Positions 1-10,300 of a stretch of DNA of 64,000 nt are shown here, piece after piece. The notes under the pieces were generated by a model that saw only the letters and a program-made list of their open reading frames with translations, was not told the origin of the DNA and made no database searches. This stretch comes from Longimicrobiales bacterium (GTDB lineage Bacteria; Gemmatimonadota; Gemmatimonadetes; Longimicrobiales; Gaopeijiaceae). Each line of letters starts with the position of its first letter. Within the stretch, counting starts at the first letter, position 1. The translations under genes were made by a program, and so were the position numbers. Where the stretch lies: positions 1,600,001 to 1,664,000 of the forward strand of contig OZ241892.1 in assembly GCA_965203485.1 (NCBI GenBank). The letters run 5' to 3'.

Positions 1-29
1 CGCGAGGAGCATGCCGTTCGGTCTAGGCT

Positions 30-689
30 CTAGGCTCCAACGCGCGGCGACACGCTCGGGCCGCCCAGCGGCAAGTCCGCCTCCACCGGGTTGGTCGCCG
101 ACGAGCCGCACGACAAGACGACGGCGACGGTGTCGCCGGGGGCCAGAGGCCCGACGCCGGCGGGCGTTCCGGTGGCCACGAGGTCGCCGGGCTCCAGGGT
201 CGTGAAGCGGGAGATGTAGCTGACCAAGCCGCGCAGGGAGAAGACGAGATCGGAGGCATGTCCGCGTTGCCGTTCCCGGCCGTTGACCCGCGTGGCGACG
301 GACAGGTCTTCCGGGTCGACTTCGCGGGCGTCCACGGGATCGCCCACCGGGCAGAACGTGTCGAAGCCCTTGGCGCGCGACCACTGGTCGTCCGCGCGCT
401 GCAGGTCGCGGGCCGTGACGTCGTTGAGCGCCAGCACGCCGCTCACGTGCTCCCACGCGCTCGCTTCCGGCACGCGGCGGGCGCGTTTGCCGACCAGCAA
501 CCCGATCTCGCCTTCGAAGTCCACGCGCCCGGCGTCGGGCGGAACGCGGATCGGGGCGCCGCTGGGGATCAGGGCCGACGGCGGCTTGAGGAAGAGGAGC
601 GGCTCCGACGGCGCCTCGTGGCCCAGCTCGGCCGCGTGGGGAGCGAAGTTTCGGCCCACGCAGACGATCTTGCCGGGCCGGTCGATCAA
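30..689 (-). CDS. Fumarylacetoacetate hydrolase (FAH) family protein
   Basis: Motifs KIVCVGRNF, PLLFLKP, VDFEGEIG, NDVTARDLQ, AKGFDTFCP, GDLVATGTPAGVG. Start placed at the in-frame TTG at 689 (ORF track starts at 1040). Confidence 0.9.
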   Translation of the reverse strand: MIDRPGKIVCVGRNFAPHAAELGHEAPSEPLLFLKPPSALIPSGAPIRVPPDAGRVDFEGEIGLLVGKRARRVPEASAWEHVSGVLALNDVTARDLQRADDQWSRAKGFDTFCPVGDPVDAREVDPEDLSVATRVNGRERQRGHASDLVFSLRGLVSYISRFTTLEPGDLVATGTPAGVGPLAPGDTVAVVLSCGSSATNPVEADLPLGGPSVSPRVGA

Positions 690-763
690 GCGGATCGCGC
701 GGGCGGGCGGAGACCGGGCGAGACGCCGAGGCCGGTAGAGATGCCGGGCGCGCGGAGGCCAAG

Positions 764-961
764 TCAGTCGGCCGCCCGCGAATGCACGGCCGTGCCGATC
801 AGGGCCGCCAGGGCCGCGATCAGCAAAAGGCTGGCGATCACCGTCCACCAGAACCCCACGTCCGAGCGCCCGGCGTCCCATCCCGCGAGCGACGTCCGGG
901 CCGCGCCCATGGCGAGCGCAAGCAAACCGAGACCGGCGAGAGCTCCTAGGGCCTTCTTCAT
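764..961 (-). CDS. Small membrane protein (65 aa, two hydrophobic helices)
   Basis: MKKALGALAGLGLLALAMG...VGFWWTVIASLLLIAALAALIG; an extended -10-like element lies upstream. Confidence 0.7.
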   Translation of the reverse strand: MKKALGALAGLGLLALAMGAARTSLAGWDAGRSDVGFWWTVIASLLLIAALAALIGTAVHSRAAD

Positions 962-1030
962 CGTGCGGCGATTCCGGGGATTCGAGACGTTGGGCGCGGA
1001 GGAGGCGGCGGACGGTCGGGCCGCCGCTGA

Positions 1031-1039
1031 AATCTAGCA
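1031..1039 (-). promoter_or_regulatory. Candidate extended -10 promoter element (TGcTAGATT)
   Basis: TGnTAnnnT on the minus strand about 70 nt upstream of the ATG at 961. Confidence 0.35.
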
Positions 1040-1082
1040 AGCCGCGGACCTCCCCGCACCGCTCGGTCCCGGCGCTTGGAAA

Positions 1083-1262
1083 TCAGAACGGCAGATCGTC
1101 GGCGGGCGCCGAGGGAACCGGCGACCGGCCGGGCACAAGCACCTTCTTGCGGCCCACGTCGTCAAAGTCCACGGTGAGCTTGAAACCCGTGCCCGATCTC
1201 TCGCGCTCGACGATCGTGCCATGTCCAAAGACGTGGTGGTCGAAGGGGCCGCCCGGCGCGTG
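1083..1262 (-). other. PcrA/UvrD C-terminal Tudor-like domain, in frame behind the DinG TAG stop
   Basis: Manual translation after TAG 1265-1263: HAPGGPFDHHVFGHGTIVERERSGTGFKLTVDFDDVGRKKVLVPGRSPVPSAPADDLPF*. Matches HxxFGxGxI...LxVxFxxxGxK; no start codon precedes the motif. Confidence 0.7.
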
Positions 1263-4055
1263 CTACGCCCGCACGGGCTTCGGCGACCGCCGAGGAGGCC
1301 GGTCGCCCTCTTTCCCGGGCGAGGCGGGCAGTGCGCGACCTCGCGATTCGCGGCTGACCGGGCCCCTGGGGCCGCCCACGGCCGCGCGCGGAGGGCCCGC
1401 GGCGTAGAAATCCCGCAGTGGCGCATCGAGCGCTGACCATTCGCGGTACTCCACCGGCATCGGCGGCAGCGCGGCCAGAATTGCGCGCCCGTAGGGCTTC
1501 GTCCACACCCGGTCGTCGAGCAACACGACGGCGCCCCGGTCGCTGCGCGCGCGGATCAGCCGACCCACGCCCTGCTTGAGGCTCAGGCCCGCCACCGGAA
1601 CGGTATAGCCGAAGAAGCCGTTTTCACCCCGCGCCTCGATCTTCGCCTTTCGCGCGGCCGCCACCGGCTCGCCGGGGACCGGGAACGGCAACTTGTGGAT
1701 CACGAGCGCGCGAAGCGATTGCCCGGGGATGTCAACGCCCTCCCAGAACGACTGCGTACCGAACAGGATCCCGTTGCCGGCGCGCTTGAATTTGCGGATC
1801 AGCTTGTAGCGCGACGACCCGCCCTGCACGAACACCTCCCAACGAGCACCGGGCAAGCTCTGGAATTTCTTCGCTGCGTCGCGAAGCGCGTCGTGCGACG
1901 TGAACAACGCCATGACGCCGCCGCCCGTGATCTCGGCCAGCTCGGACAGAATGCGCGCCACGTGCGGACCGGACATCGTCCCGTCGGCACCCTTGCACAC
2001 CTTGAGCACCGCCTGTTTGCGGTAGTCGAACGGCGACTTCACGACATCCTCGTGCACGCTCGTCCGATCGCCTTGCAGGCCCGTCCATTCTTTGAAGTGG
2101 TCGAAACTCTTGCCTAACGCCATCGTGGCCGACGTGAGCACAGCGGCGTCCACGCGGCCAAACAAATGTTTCCGAAGGAGCGGTCCCGCGCTCACCGGCG
2201 CCGACACCGCTTGCACGTCGTCCTTGCTCATCTCGAGCCAGCGCACCCAGTCCACATCTTCGGCCTCGCCGGGAAGGAGACAACGCTCGAGATCGGCGCC
2301 CGCCTCGACAAGCCGCTCGGCTGAGCTGCGAAGGTCGAGGACCCGACCCTTGAGGTCGTCGCCCAGGCTCTCTTCGTTCTCGTCGTCCACGCGTTCGCAG
2401 ATACCGCTCAGCTCCTTGGATACGGCGCCCAGGGCAATCCGCAGGTTGTCCAGGGCCGTGCACATCCGGATGTCGTCGGCCGGCTCCTGGCCCCGGCCGA
2501 TAGGCAGGCGAACCCGGTCTTGCCGAGCGGCTGGTTGACGACGGGCGCGTTCCCCGTTGGCGCGCCTCACGGTCCAAGCCCTGAGCGCGTCGAAGAACTC
2601 GTCGGTCCGTTCTCGGGCAAGCTCCACGGCCTCAACGGCGTTCTCCGCCACGCGCTGCCGCAACTCGGCGTCCAGAACCCCGCCCTGCTTCTCGAAAGCC
2701 TTCGCAACCGCAACCAGCAAGCCCATGGGCCGACGCTTGTCGTGCAACCGGGACAGGAGCGCGAGCACGCCATGGCGCTTGACCTTGGTCTTGAAAGCCT
2801 CAGTGGCGGCCTCGTCGAGGCGGTGCGCCTCGTCGAAGATCACCCTCCGGTAGCGGGGCAACACGACGGCGTCGTCGAAATTGTCATGCTCTATGCGGAT
2901 GTTCAGATCCGCGAAGAAGAGGGCATGGTTGACGACCACCACGTCCGCGTCGGCTACGCCCCTGCGGGCTCGAAAGTAGAAGCACTCCTGGTAGTGCGGA
3001 CACTTGTCGCGCAAGCAGGCGTCCGTATCGCTCTTGACTTCGTTCCAGACTTCCTCGGCGGGCTTCACGGGCAGATCGCTCTTGGATCCGTCCCGAGTCT
3101 TCTCGAGCCACTTCATGATCTCGTCGATATCGGTGCCCTTCCCGTCCGCAAAGAGGGCGCCCGCCGACTTGGCCGCCAAGCGGGCGCGCCGGATCGACGC
3201 GTAGTTGCCCCGGCCCTTGAAGAGGGCCCACTTGAGCGGCTCGCCGAGGACGTCCTGGGCGAGCGGAAGATCCTTGAAGACCAGTTGCTGTTGCAGGTTG
3301 ATGGTGTTCGTGGACACGATCGTCCGTTCGCGGTTCCGGAGCGCCCAGCTCGCGGCGGGCGTCAGGTAGGCAAGCGACTTGCCCGTTCCGGTGCCGGCCT
3401 CGACCAGGCCGACGCCGCCTTCGTTGAAGCGGCGGGCCACCAACCGCAACATCTCCCGTTGCCCTCTCCGATCCTCGTATTCCGGCTCGGCGGCGAAGGC
3501 GCCGCCCGGCGCCAGCAAGGCGGCCAGGGCGTCCTCGTCAAGCAGCCGGGGTCCCTCGCGGCCCCCTTTAGAGAGCCGCTTCGGCCAGGGCTCGCCGAAG
3601 TCCAGCGCGCCGCGAAGCCCTTCCAGCACTTTCTTGTTGCGATCCACGAGCGTCCGCAGCTGGGCCGCCACGTCGCGAAGGTCGCTGACATCGGCGGCTC
3701 GGCCGACGGCCGCCGCCAGCCTCTCGAAGTCCTCCAGCGGGATCTGGTCCTCGGACCACAGCGCCTTGAGCCTCTCGGTCAGCGCTTCCCGCGCGTCTTC
3801 GAGCGAAGGGCCGCCGGCGCGTTCGGAAGCAGCGCGGATACTCTCCACGACCCCCACCACCTCCGCGATCTTGGCCACGCGGGCGCGCAACTCGGCCGCG
3901 ACCGCCAGCAGATCGTTCATGTTCGCCGCCGCCCCGGCCGCCTTCGCCAGCTCGCCGTGCTCCCGTTCCGTCAGCTGGTCCGCCGCCCAGGCGTCGCCGA
4001 GCGCCTGCACCACCCGATCTCTCGCCTGCTCCAGAGACGCCGGCGCGGCGCTCAC
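1263..4055 (-). CDS. DinG/YoaA-family SF2 helicase with two N-terminal DUF1707-like repeats
   Basis: Walker A VEAGTGTGKS, STNTINLQQQL, VIFDEAH, LTSAT, SPFDY, FWEGVDIPG, KLPFPVP, QGVGRLIR. GTG start overlaps the upstream TGA. Confidence 0.9.
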   Translation of the reverse strand: MSAAPASLEQARDRVVQALGDAWAADQLTEREHGELAKAAGAAANMNDLLAVAAELRARVAKIAEVVGVVESIRAASERAGGPSLEDAREALTERLKALWSEDQIPLEDFERLAAAVGRAADVSDLRDVAAQLRTLVDRNKKVLEGLRGALDFGEPWPKRLSKGGREGPRLLDEDALAALLAPGGAFAAEPEYEDRRGQREMLRLVARRFNEGGVGLVEAGTGTGKSLAYLTPAASWALRNRERTIVSTNTINLQQQLVFKDLPLAQDVLGEPLKWALFKGRGNYASIRRARLAAKSAGALFADGKGTDIDEIMKWLEKTRDGSKSDLPVKPAEEVWNEVKSDTDACLRDKCPHYQECFYFRARRGVADADVVVVNHALFFADLNIRIEHDNFDDAVVLPRYRRVIFDEAHRLDEAATEAFKTKVKRHGVLALLSRLHDKRRPMGLLVAVAKAFEKQGGVLDAELRQRVAENAVEAVELARERTDEFFDALRAWTVRRANGERARRQPAARQDRVRLPIGRGQEPADDIRMCTALDNLRIALGAVSKELSGICERVDDENEESLGDDLKGRVLDLRSSAERLVEAGADLERCLLPGEAEDVDWVRWLEMSKDDVQAVSAPVSAGPLLRKHLFGRVDAAVLTSATMALGKSFDHFKEWTGLQGDRTSVHEDVVKSPFDYRKQAVLKVCKGADGTMSGPHVARILSELAEITGGGVMALFTSHDALRDAAKKFQSLPGARWEVFVQGGSSRYKLIRKFKRAGNGILFGTQSFWEGVDIPGQSLRALVIHKLPFPVPGEPVAAARKAKIEARGENGFFGYTVPVAGLSLKQGVGRLIRARSDRGAVVLLDDRVWTKPYGRAILAALPPMPVEYREWSALDAPLRDFYAAGPPRAAVGGPRGPVSRESRGRALPASPGKEGDRPPRRSPKPVRA

Positions 4056-5347
4056 GTCTTCAGCTTCTTCTTCTTTGCCGCCGGGAAGAGCACGTTGTTC
4101 AAGATGAGCCGGTAGCCGGGCGAGTTGGGATGCAGGTCGAGGTCGGTGGGCGCGTCGCCGATCTGGTGCTCGGGGTCCTCCGGGTCGTGGCCTCCGTAGT
4201 AGGTCCAGGTGCCCTTTCCGGCGGATCCATGGACGTACTTGGCCGAGCCGCCTTCCTTGGCGAGCTGCACGACGCCGGGCTTGAGGCGGTCGATCTCGAA
4301 CGACGTCGTCAGGCCGTAGAAGTCCGGCAGAACGGACTCGTGATTCTGCGTGAGCATCGTGGGGACCGGATCGAACTTGGCCGAGAATTCAAATAAGGTG
4401 AAGGTGCCTAACTGCTTGCGCCACGGGGTGTTGACTTGATGTCCGTCTATGTCCGAGAAGGCGTTCACCGAGGGCGACGTCTGAATCCGGGCGTCTTGAA
4501 AGGCCATAGCGGCGCGCCAGTCCATGCGGTCGGTAGCGGCGGGGTCGGGCGGCGTCCCGTCCGAGTACGCCGCCGCGATGTCCACGCCGTCCGCGGCCAG
4601 CGCCAGCTCCAACGTCTCCGGGGCCGAGCACATCGCGAACAGGAATCCGCCGCCCTCGACGTACTCCTTGATCCGCCGGCTGACCGCCTTCTTGAGCGCC
4701 GGCACGTCCGCGAATTCCAGCGCGCGCGCCTCCTCTTCGTTGCGCGCCACCTCTTCCTCGAGCCATGGCGTGCCGGCGTACGTGATGTAGAACTTGGAGT
4801 ACTGGCCGGTGAAGTCCTCGTGATGGAGGTGGAGCCACTCGTAGCGGCTCATGTCGCCGCCGAGAACGTCCCCGTCCCACACCTTCTCGTAGGGAATCTC
4901 GGCGTACTCGAGCGCCATGGTGACGGCGTCGTCCCACGGCGCGCTGTTCGGCGGCGTGTAGATCGCGATCCTGGTGGCCTTCTCCAGGACGATGGCGTCC
5001 ATGTTGGATTCGGCGACGACGCCCCGAATGCGCGCCTCGTCCGCCGGGCCGACGCGGGTCGTCGAAACGCCCATGAGCGCCGCGCGGCGATGCACGGCCT
5101 CCGTGTCCGGCAACAGAAACGAGCCGCCCCGGTAGTTGAGGAGCCACTCCGCCGTGCTGCCCGCGCGCAGAACGGCGTAGGCCAAGCCGTACGCCTTGAG
5201 ATGGTTTGCTTGGGCGCGGTCCATTGGCACAAGGACGGACTGGCCCGCCGCCGAGCGGGCGGACGGAGCCGCCAGCAGGCACGCGGCCAACGCGACGGCC
5301 CGAACGGGGACTGGGAGCGCGGCGCGGCGCGGCGCCGGACGGCTCAT
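4052..5347 (-). CDS. Conserved exported protein (family often loosely labelled 'asparagine synthetase B'; function unknown)
   Basis: Signal-like N-terminus, then LVPMD..QANHLKAYG, EWLLNYRGGSF, PWDDAVTMALEYAEIPY, WLHLHHEDFTGQY, GGFLFAMCS, YYGGHDPED, GYRLILNNVLFPAAKKKKLKT. ATGA overlap with the upstream gene. Confidence 0.8.
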   Translation of the reverse strand: MSRPAPRRAALPVPVRAVALAACLLAAPSARSAAGQSVLVPMDRAQANHLKAYGLAYAVLRAGSTAEWLLNYRGGSFLLPDTEAVHRRAALMGVSTTRVGPADEARIRGVVAESNMDAIVLEKATRIAIYTPPNSAPWDDAVTMALEYAEIPYEKVWDGDVLGGDMSRYEWLHLHHEDFTGQYSKFYITYAGTPWLEEEVARNEEEARALEFADVPALKKAVSRRIKEYVEGGGFLFAMCSAPETLELALAADGVDIAAAYSDGTPPDPAATDRMDWRAAMAFQDARIQTSPSVNAFSDIDGHQVNTPWRKQLGTFTLFEFSAKFDPVPTMLTQNHESVLPDFYGLTTSFEIDRLKPGVVQLAKEGGSAKYVHGSAGKGTWTYYGGHDPEDPEHQIGDAPTDLDLHPNSPGYRLILNNVLFPAAKKKKLKT

Positions 5348-7386
5348 CGGCGCGGCGCGGCGCCGGATCCGCCGCCGACCCGGAGACGGTTGAGTTCCCG
5401 GCGCGCTTCGGGCACGACGGCGCTGCCCGGACGGGCCACGATGACGCTCTCGAGGATCCGCATTGCGTCGGCGACGCCGTCGGGGCGCCCGGCGATTGCC
5501 TTGGCGAGGCGCACGGCCGCCTCCGGGAACTCGTCGGAGTCGGGATGGTCCGCCACGATCCGGCGTCGCAACTCCTCGGCCGCCTGGGCGAGTCCGCCCC
5601 CGTCGGCAACGCGCGCCGCCAACGCCAGCAGGGGCGCCCGCTCGTCCGGGGCCGCCTCGCCGACTGCCGCGCGGGCCGCCCGCACCGCGTCTTCGGGCCT
5701 GCCGCGCCGTCCCAGCACAGCCACGCGAGCGGCCGCGCGGGCGGTCCGCGTGGTCAGCCGGGTCACGGTCATCACGACATCCAGGACGCCGGTCGCCTCC
5801 GCCGGGGCCAGGTCCGGAAGCGCGTCTCGGAGGGCTTGCGCGCCTTCGGGCACGGCCCCCGCCTCCAGGAGCAGATAAGCGCGCTCGAGGCGTGCGCCCG
5901 GGCCCGCGATTCCGTCCAGCGTCCGAAGCGCAGCCTCTCTCTCGCCGTTCTCGATGAGCGCTGCGGCCACGGCCGCGGCGAGGCCGCCGACCTCGTCGTC
6001 GTCGGGGAACTCCCGTCGGAACTCGGCGAACGCGGCGCTGCCGACTTCCGGCCCTTCGGCGGCCAGCCGCATTCGCACCTCGGCGATCCATGCGTCCCGG
6101 CGCTCGGGCGATCCACGGGGATGGGCGTCCCGAACGCGCCGCATGGCCGCGATCGCGGCGCCGGTGTCGCCCGCCGCTGCCGCCGCGACGGCCAGCCGCT
6201 CGTCGCTTCTGCGCGCGTCGGCGGCGCTCGGCGCGGTCTCGCGAAGCCGCTCGTAGGCCCAGACGGCGCTCGCGTGGAACTCGAGGTCCTCCGCCCTGCG
6301 GGCGAACGTTCGCAGAAAGCCGCGCGCCTCCATCGGATCCATTGCGCGCAACCCTTGATCCACCAGTGCGCGCGCATCTTCCTGCCGTCCTTCGCGGAGC
6401 GCGAGTTCGGCGCCCATCTCCAAGCTCGAGGGCCGCAACGGCGCCGAGCCGTGAATGGCGAGCATGCCCCGCACCACCGCGTCTCGGCCGGTCTCGAGTC
6501 TGTCCAGCCTGACGAAGACCTCGGCGGCGGCCGCGCGGTCGGCGCTCATGGCGGCGGCCCAAGCACGGGCAACTTCGTCGAAGCGTCCCATGGCCGCGTG
6601 CACGTCGCCCGAAGCAAGCAGCAGCGCGGGCGGCGAGCCGAGCGCGCCGACGCCTGCGGCAAGGAGACGGGCGGCCGCTGGCAGGTCGCCCGCCTCCACG
6701 AATGCGCGGGCGCCCTCTCGGTACGGCCGAGCAGCCCCGGGGTCGGCTCGGATCCAGCGCCGTACCGCGGCGTCGATCGCCGCCGGCGAGTCCGCGTCGC
6801 GCAGGACGCGCAGTTGGAGCGAGCGCACCGAGACGGCCGCCGGGTTGGCGTCCAGGTGCGCCGTCAGAAGGGGCGCGAGCGCGTCCAGACGACCAGATCT
6901 CCGCAACACGCGTTCAAGCGCGAAGACCGCCGCGGTCGACTCGGGCCGCCGTTCGGCGAGCTCGCGCAATCTGGCCTCGGCGCCAGCCAAGTCGCCCTGC
7001 GCCTCCAGGGCGGACGCCTCGCGCAATGCCCGGCCCTCGTAGGGATCGCTGGACCACCGCTGAGGCTGGCCGGCCACGGCCGGGACGGCCAAGGCGCCAA
7101 GGACGGCCAGCGCGGCGCCAAGGCACGCGGTGTTCGGTAGACGCGAGCGCGACGCCGGGAAGACGGAAGGCCGAGGCCCCGCGGGCCGTCCGCGGCCTCT
7201 TGGCGCGGAGGGCGCGCATGGACGCCGAACGCCGACCAGCTCGACGACTTCCCCCGAGCCAACTCGCCGTTGGACGGCTGCGACGGACGCGCGCCGACGC
7301 CGGCCGCCGACCGATTCGACGACGTAGGCGGCGCGGACTCGCCGACGGGCCGCCGCGACGGACGCGCGAAAGCGCGGAAGCGTCAT
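5344..7386 (-). CDS. Tetratricopeptide-repeat (TPR)-like exported protein
   Basis: Repeated helical TPR-like units (GDLAGAEARLRELAERRPES; LLLASGDVHAAMGRFDEVARAW; RIVADHPDSDEFPEA). Coupled at both ends; start uncertain. Confidence 0.7.
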   Translation of the reverse strand: MTLPRFRASVAAARRRVRAAYVVESVGGRRRRASVAAVQRRVGSGEVVELVGVRRPCAPSAPRGRGRPAGPRPSVFPASRSRLPNTACLGAALAVLGALAVPAVAGQPQRWSSDPYEGRALREASALEAQGDLAGAEARLRELAERRPESTAAVFALERVLRRSGRLDALAPLLTAHLDANPAAVSVRSLQLRVLRDADSPAAIDAAVRRWIRADPGAARPYREGARAFVEAGDLPAAARLLAAGVGALGSPPALLLASGDVHAAMGRFDEVARAWAAAMSADRAAAAEVFVRLDRLETGRDAVVRGMLAIHGSAPLRPSSLEMGAELALREGRQEDARALVDQGLRAMDPMEARGFLRTFARRAEDLEFHASAVWAYERLRETAPSAADARRSDERLAVAAAAAGDTGAAIAAMRRVRDAHPRGSPERRDAWIAEVRMRLAAEGPEVGSAAFAEFRREFPDDDEVGGLAAAVAAALIENGEREAALRTLDGIAGPGARLERAYLLLEAGAVPEGAQALRDALPDLAPAEATGVLDVVMTVTRLTTRTARAAARVAVLGRRGRPEDAVRAARAAVGEAAPDERAPLLALAARVADGGGLAQAAEELRRRIVADHPDSDEFPEAAVRLAKAIAGRPDGVADAMRILESVIVARPGSAVVPEARRELNRLRVGGGSGAAPRR

Positions 7387-10300
7387 GGGCGCGGATCCTC
7401 GTCGCGCGCTCCGCGAGGAGCGGGCGGGGCACGCTCGTTCAGCCGCTGGAAGTAGCGCACCACGAGGGCCTGCATCGCGGGGGGCAACGAGCGCATCGCA
7501 ACGGGATCGGGAAGGCGGTAGCGAATCGCGTCCATGGCGGAAGCCGCGACGGGCGCGACGTCCTCATGCAGAAACTCGCCCGGTGTCTCGGATTCGCGCT
7601 CGTGCGACTCCTCGTCGCGCTCCAGGCCGCGGCCGGCGTCCAGCAGTCGGTGGAAGAGACGCTCCTGCCGCCTCAGGACATCCGGATCGAAGCGTCCCTG
7701 GGCCAGCGCTTCGGCCAGTCTCCGGGCTTCCGCGGCCATGCCGCCCAGGTCGCCGAGCGGGCCCTCCTCGCCCCGAGTCTCGTCCCGGCCGGCCAGCGTC
7801 CCCAGTTCGCCCGCCACTTCCTCCTGCTCGCCGGCGATCTCGCGCATCGCTTCGTTCGACGTCTCGGACCCCTGCTGCATGGGGGCGAGCCCCGCCGCAT
7901 CCTGAATGATGTCGCCCTGCTGCTGGGCAAGCTCGGCGAGCTGCTGCATCATGGCCTCGCCCGCGGAAGACGCGCCGGCGGACGGATCCTGTTCCGCCGC
8001 CTCCATTGCCAAGCGCGCGGTCTCGTTCAGCGCCCGAACCACTTCGCGGGCGCTCTCGTACGGGGACGCCGAGCTGCGACGGGCGCCCATTGCCTCGACG
8101 GTGCGGTCGACGTGTTCGAGAGCCCGGCCCGCAGAGGTCATCACGTCTCGCGCCCCGGGTGCGCCCATGCCGGTCCCAATCGCATAGTTCTCCGCCAAGT
8201 TGCGAATGCCCTGCGCAATCGCCGCCTCCGCCCCGCGCAGATTCGCCACGTCGGCGGCGGCGGCGCCTCGCATCTGCTCCTGCACCTCCGCTTGGCGGCG
8301 AGAGAGCGCCAGCGCGTCGACCGCCGTGCGCGACAGAGCGGCACGAAGCGCGGCCATCCTCCGTTCCCGCATCTGCGCTCCGGCCTCGTCCACGGCCCGC
8401 GCGGCTTCGGACAGATTGCCCGCCGCCTGGGCGGCCTGCCGCTCCGCCGAACGCGAGTCCCGCCGACGGGCCGCTTGGGCGGCCTCGTTCATGCGGGCGC
8501 CCCCCTCGGAAAGACGCGTCGCCGCCGCTTCGAGTCCCGCTTGCGCCTTCGTCTCGCCCATGCCGGCCAGACGCTCCATGAGTTCCTGCACCTGCGCCTC
8601 GAGCCCGGCAGTGCGCTCGGCAAGGGCATCCTGGCGCTCGGCGCTCGTCTGGTCTCCAGCGTCGGCCGGGCCGGCCATCTCGGCGGCCAGCGACGCCTGC
8701 CGTTCTGCCAAGGCCTCCGCTTCCTGGACGGCCACGTCGAGTCCCTGGTCGACGGCCGCCCGCTCGAACCCGGCCAGCGATTCCTCGAGCCGGCTCCGAA
8801 TCTCCTCCTGCTCGCGGGCGGCCCGGCGCAGCGCGTCCATCAGCTCGCTCGAGTCCATGCCGGCCGCGTCGGCGAGAGGCGCGCCCTTCGGATCGGCGGC
8901 CTCGGCGACGTCGTCCAGCGCGGAAGCCATTTCGCCCAGGCGTCCGCGCGCTTCGGCGCTCGACAGCCCGCTGCGCTCCAGGGCGGCGCGGAGCGCGGCG
9001 AGTTCGCGCCGCAACGAATCCACGGACGCCGCCAGCTGGTCCCGGCGTTCGACCGCCCGCACCATCTCCTCGCGGTCCGCGAATTGCCGCTGCTCCGCCC
9101 CCGGCTCGCCCGCCGGGCCCCGACGCTCTCCGCGCTCCAGCAGCGCGCGGGCGTCTTCCTCCGCTTCGCGCGCCTCCGCGGCCAGCCCCTGAGCGGCGTC
9201 CGCGGCTCGCGCCATCGCCTCGCCCGCCGCCCGCTCGAGGTCCAGCGTTCCCGGCACCCGCAACACGTGCTCGGCCGTCTCTGCCGACTGCGCCGAAGGA
9301 TGATTGTCGGTCGCCCTGGCCAAGTAGCGGACCGTGTCGCCCGGAGAGAGCCGCCAACCGGACACGTCGAGGGCGGGGCGCGCGACCACCCCCGGCCCCG
9401 GCTCCGTCGCCGCGACGGCGACGACCGGCTCGCCGGCATCGCCGAACGCGCTGACCCGCCAAGCCACGATCTCGAGGCGCCCGATGCCGAAGTCGTCCAG
9501 CGCGCGCACCACAAGGGGCTGGCGCATTGCGGCGGGCAGAACCGCCAGGGCCTCGGGATGCTCGATCGAGACGCGAGGCGGCGAGTCTGCGATCATCCGA
9601 ACGCGCAACGGCGGCGGCGACAGCGCGCCCGCGGCGTCGGCGAACTCCCACGCGAACACGCCGCCCGAGCGCGGAACCCACTCCGCGGAGAAGGACGTGC
9701 CCCGAACGTCGAACTCGACCTCGGCGCTCCCGTCGCCGCGCACCAGCCTCGCGCGGCCGATTGCCCGGTTGCCGCTGCCCCGCAGGCTGATCCGTGAGCC
9801 CTCGACGATTTCCAGGTGCGGGACGGCGCCCCGGTGCTCGCTCGGGGGAAGCCCCGTGTGCGGCGGATGAAACACGGTCGCGTCCACGCTCGCGACCAAG
9901 AGCGGATCCACGGGCGTCAGCACGTACTCGGGACTCCGCGCCCCGTCCGGGGCCTCGACCCAATAGCGGGTCACGGAGGTCAGCGGGGGCAGGCGGGTCC
10001 GGGCGATGCCGTCCAAGAGAGGCATGGCGCGCAACCGGGCGACCTGGCCGGTCGCCGCCCAACGAAGGTCGGCGTCGTCGCGGAGCGGGGCCCGAACCTC
10101 CACTTCCACTTCGGAGCCGCGGGCGGCCTCGACGGTGCCGGGCCGGGCGCTGACGGGAGGCAGAACGGGCTCCGCCAAGATGGCGATGGGAGTCAGGAGA
10201 CCACCCCACGCGTCCATCGCCCGCCCTGGCGCGCGAGCCGCTACGGCGACGACGACGGCCGCCACGGCGGCCAGGCAGGCATGCGCGCGGCGCGCGTGCA

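Noticed and set aside
1..12. Start of a further minus-strand gene (ATG CTC CTC GCG)
   Set aside because: Only four codons are visible, so it cannot be supported.
1263..1265. Genome-wide amber (TAG) recoding
   Set aside because: TAG ends guaA and the TonB receptor at their expected C-termini, and the other internal TAG lies in a frameshifted pseudogene.
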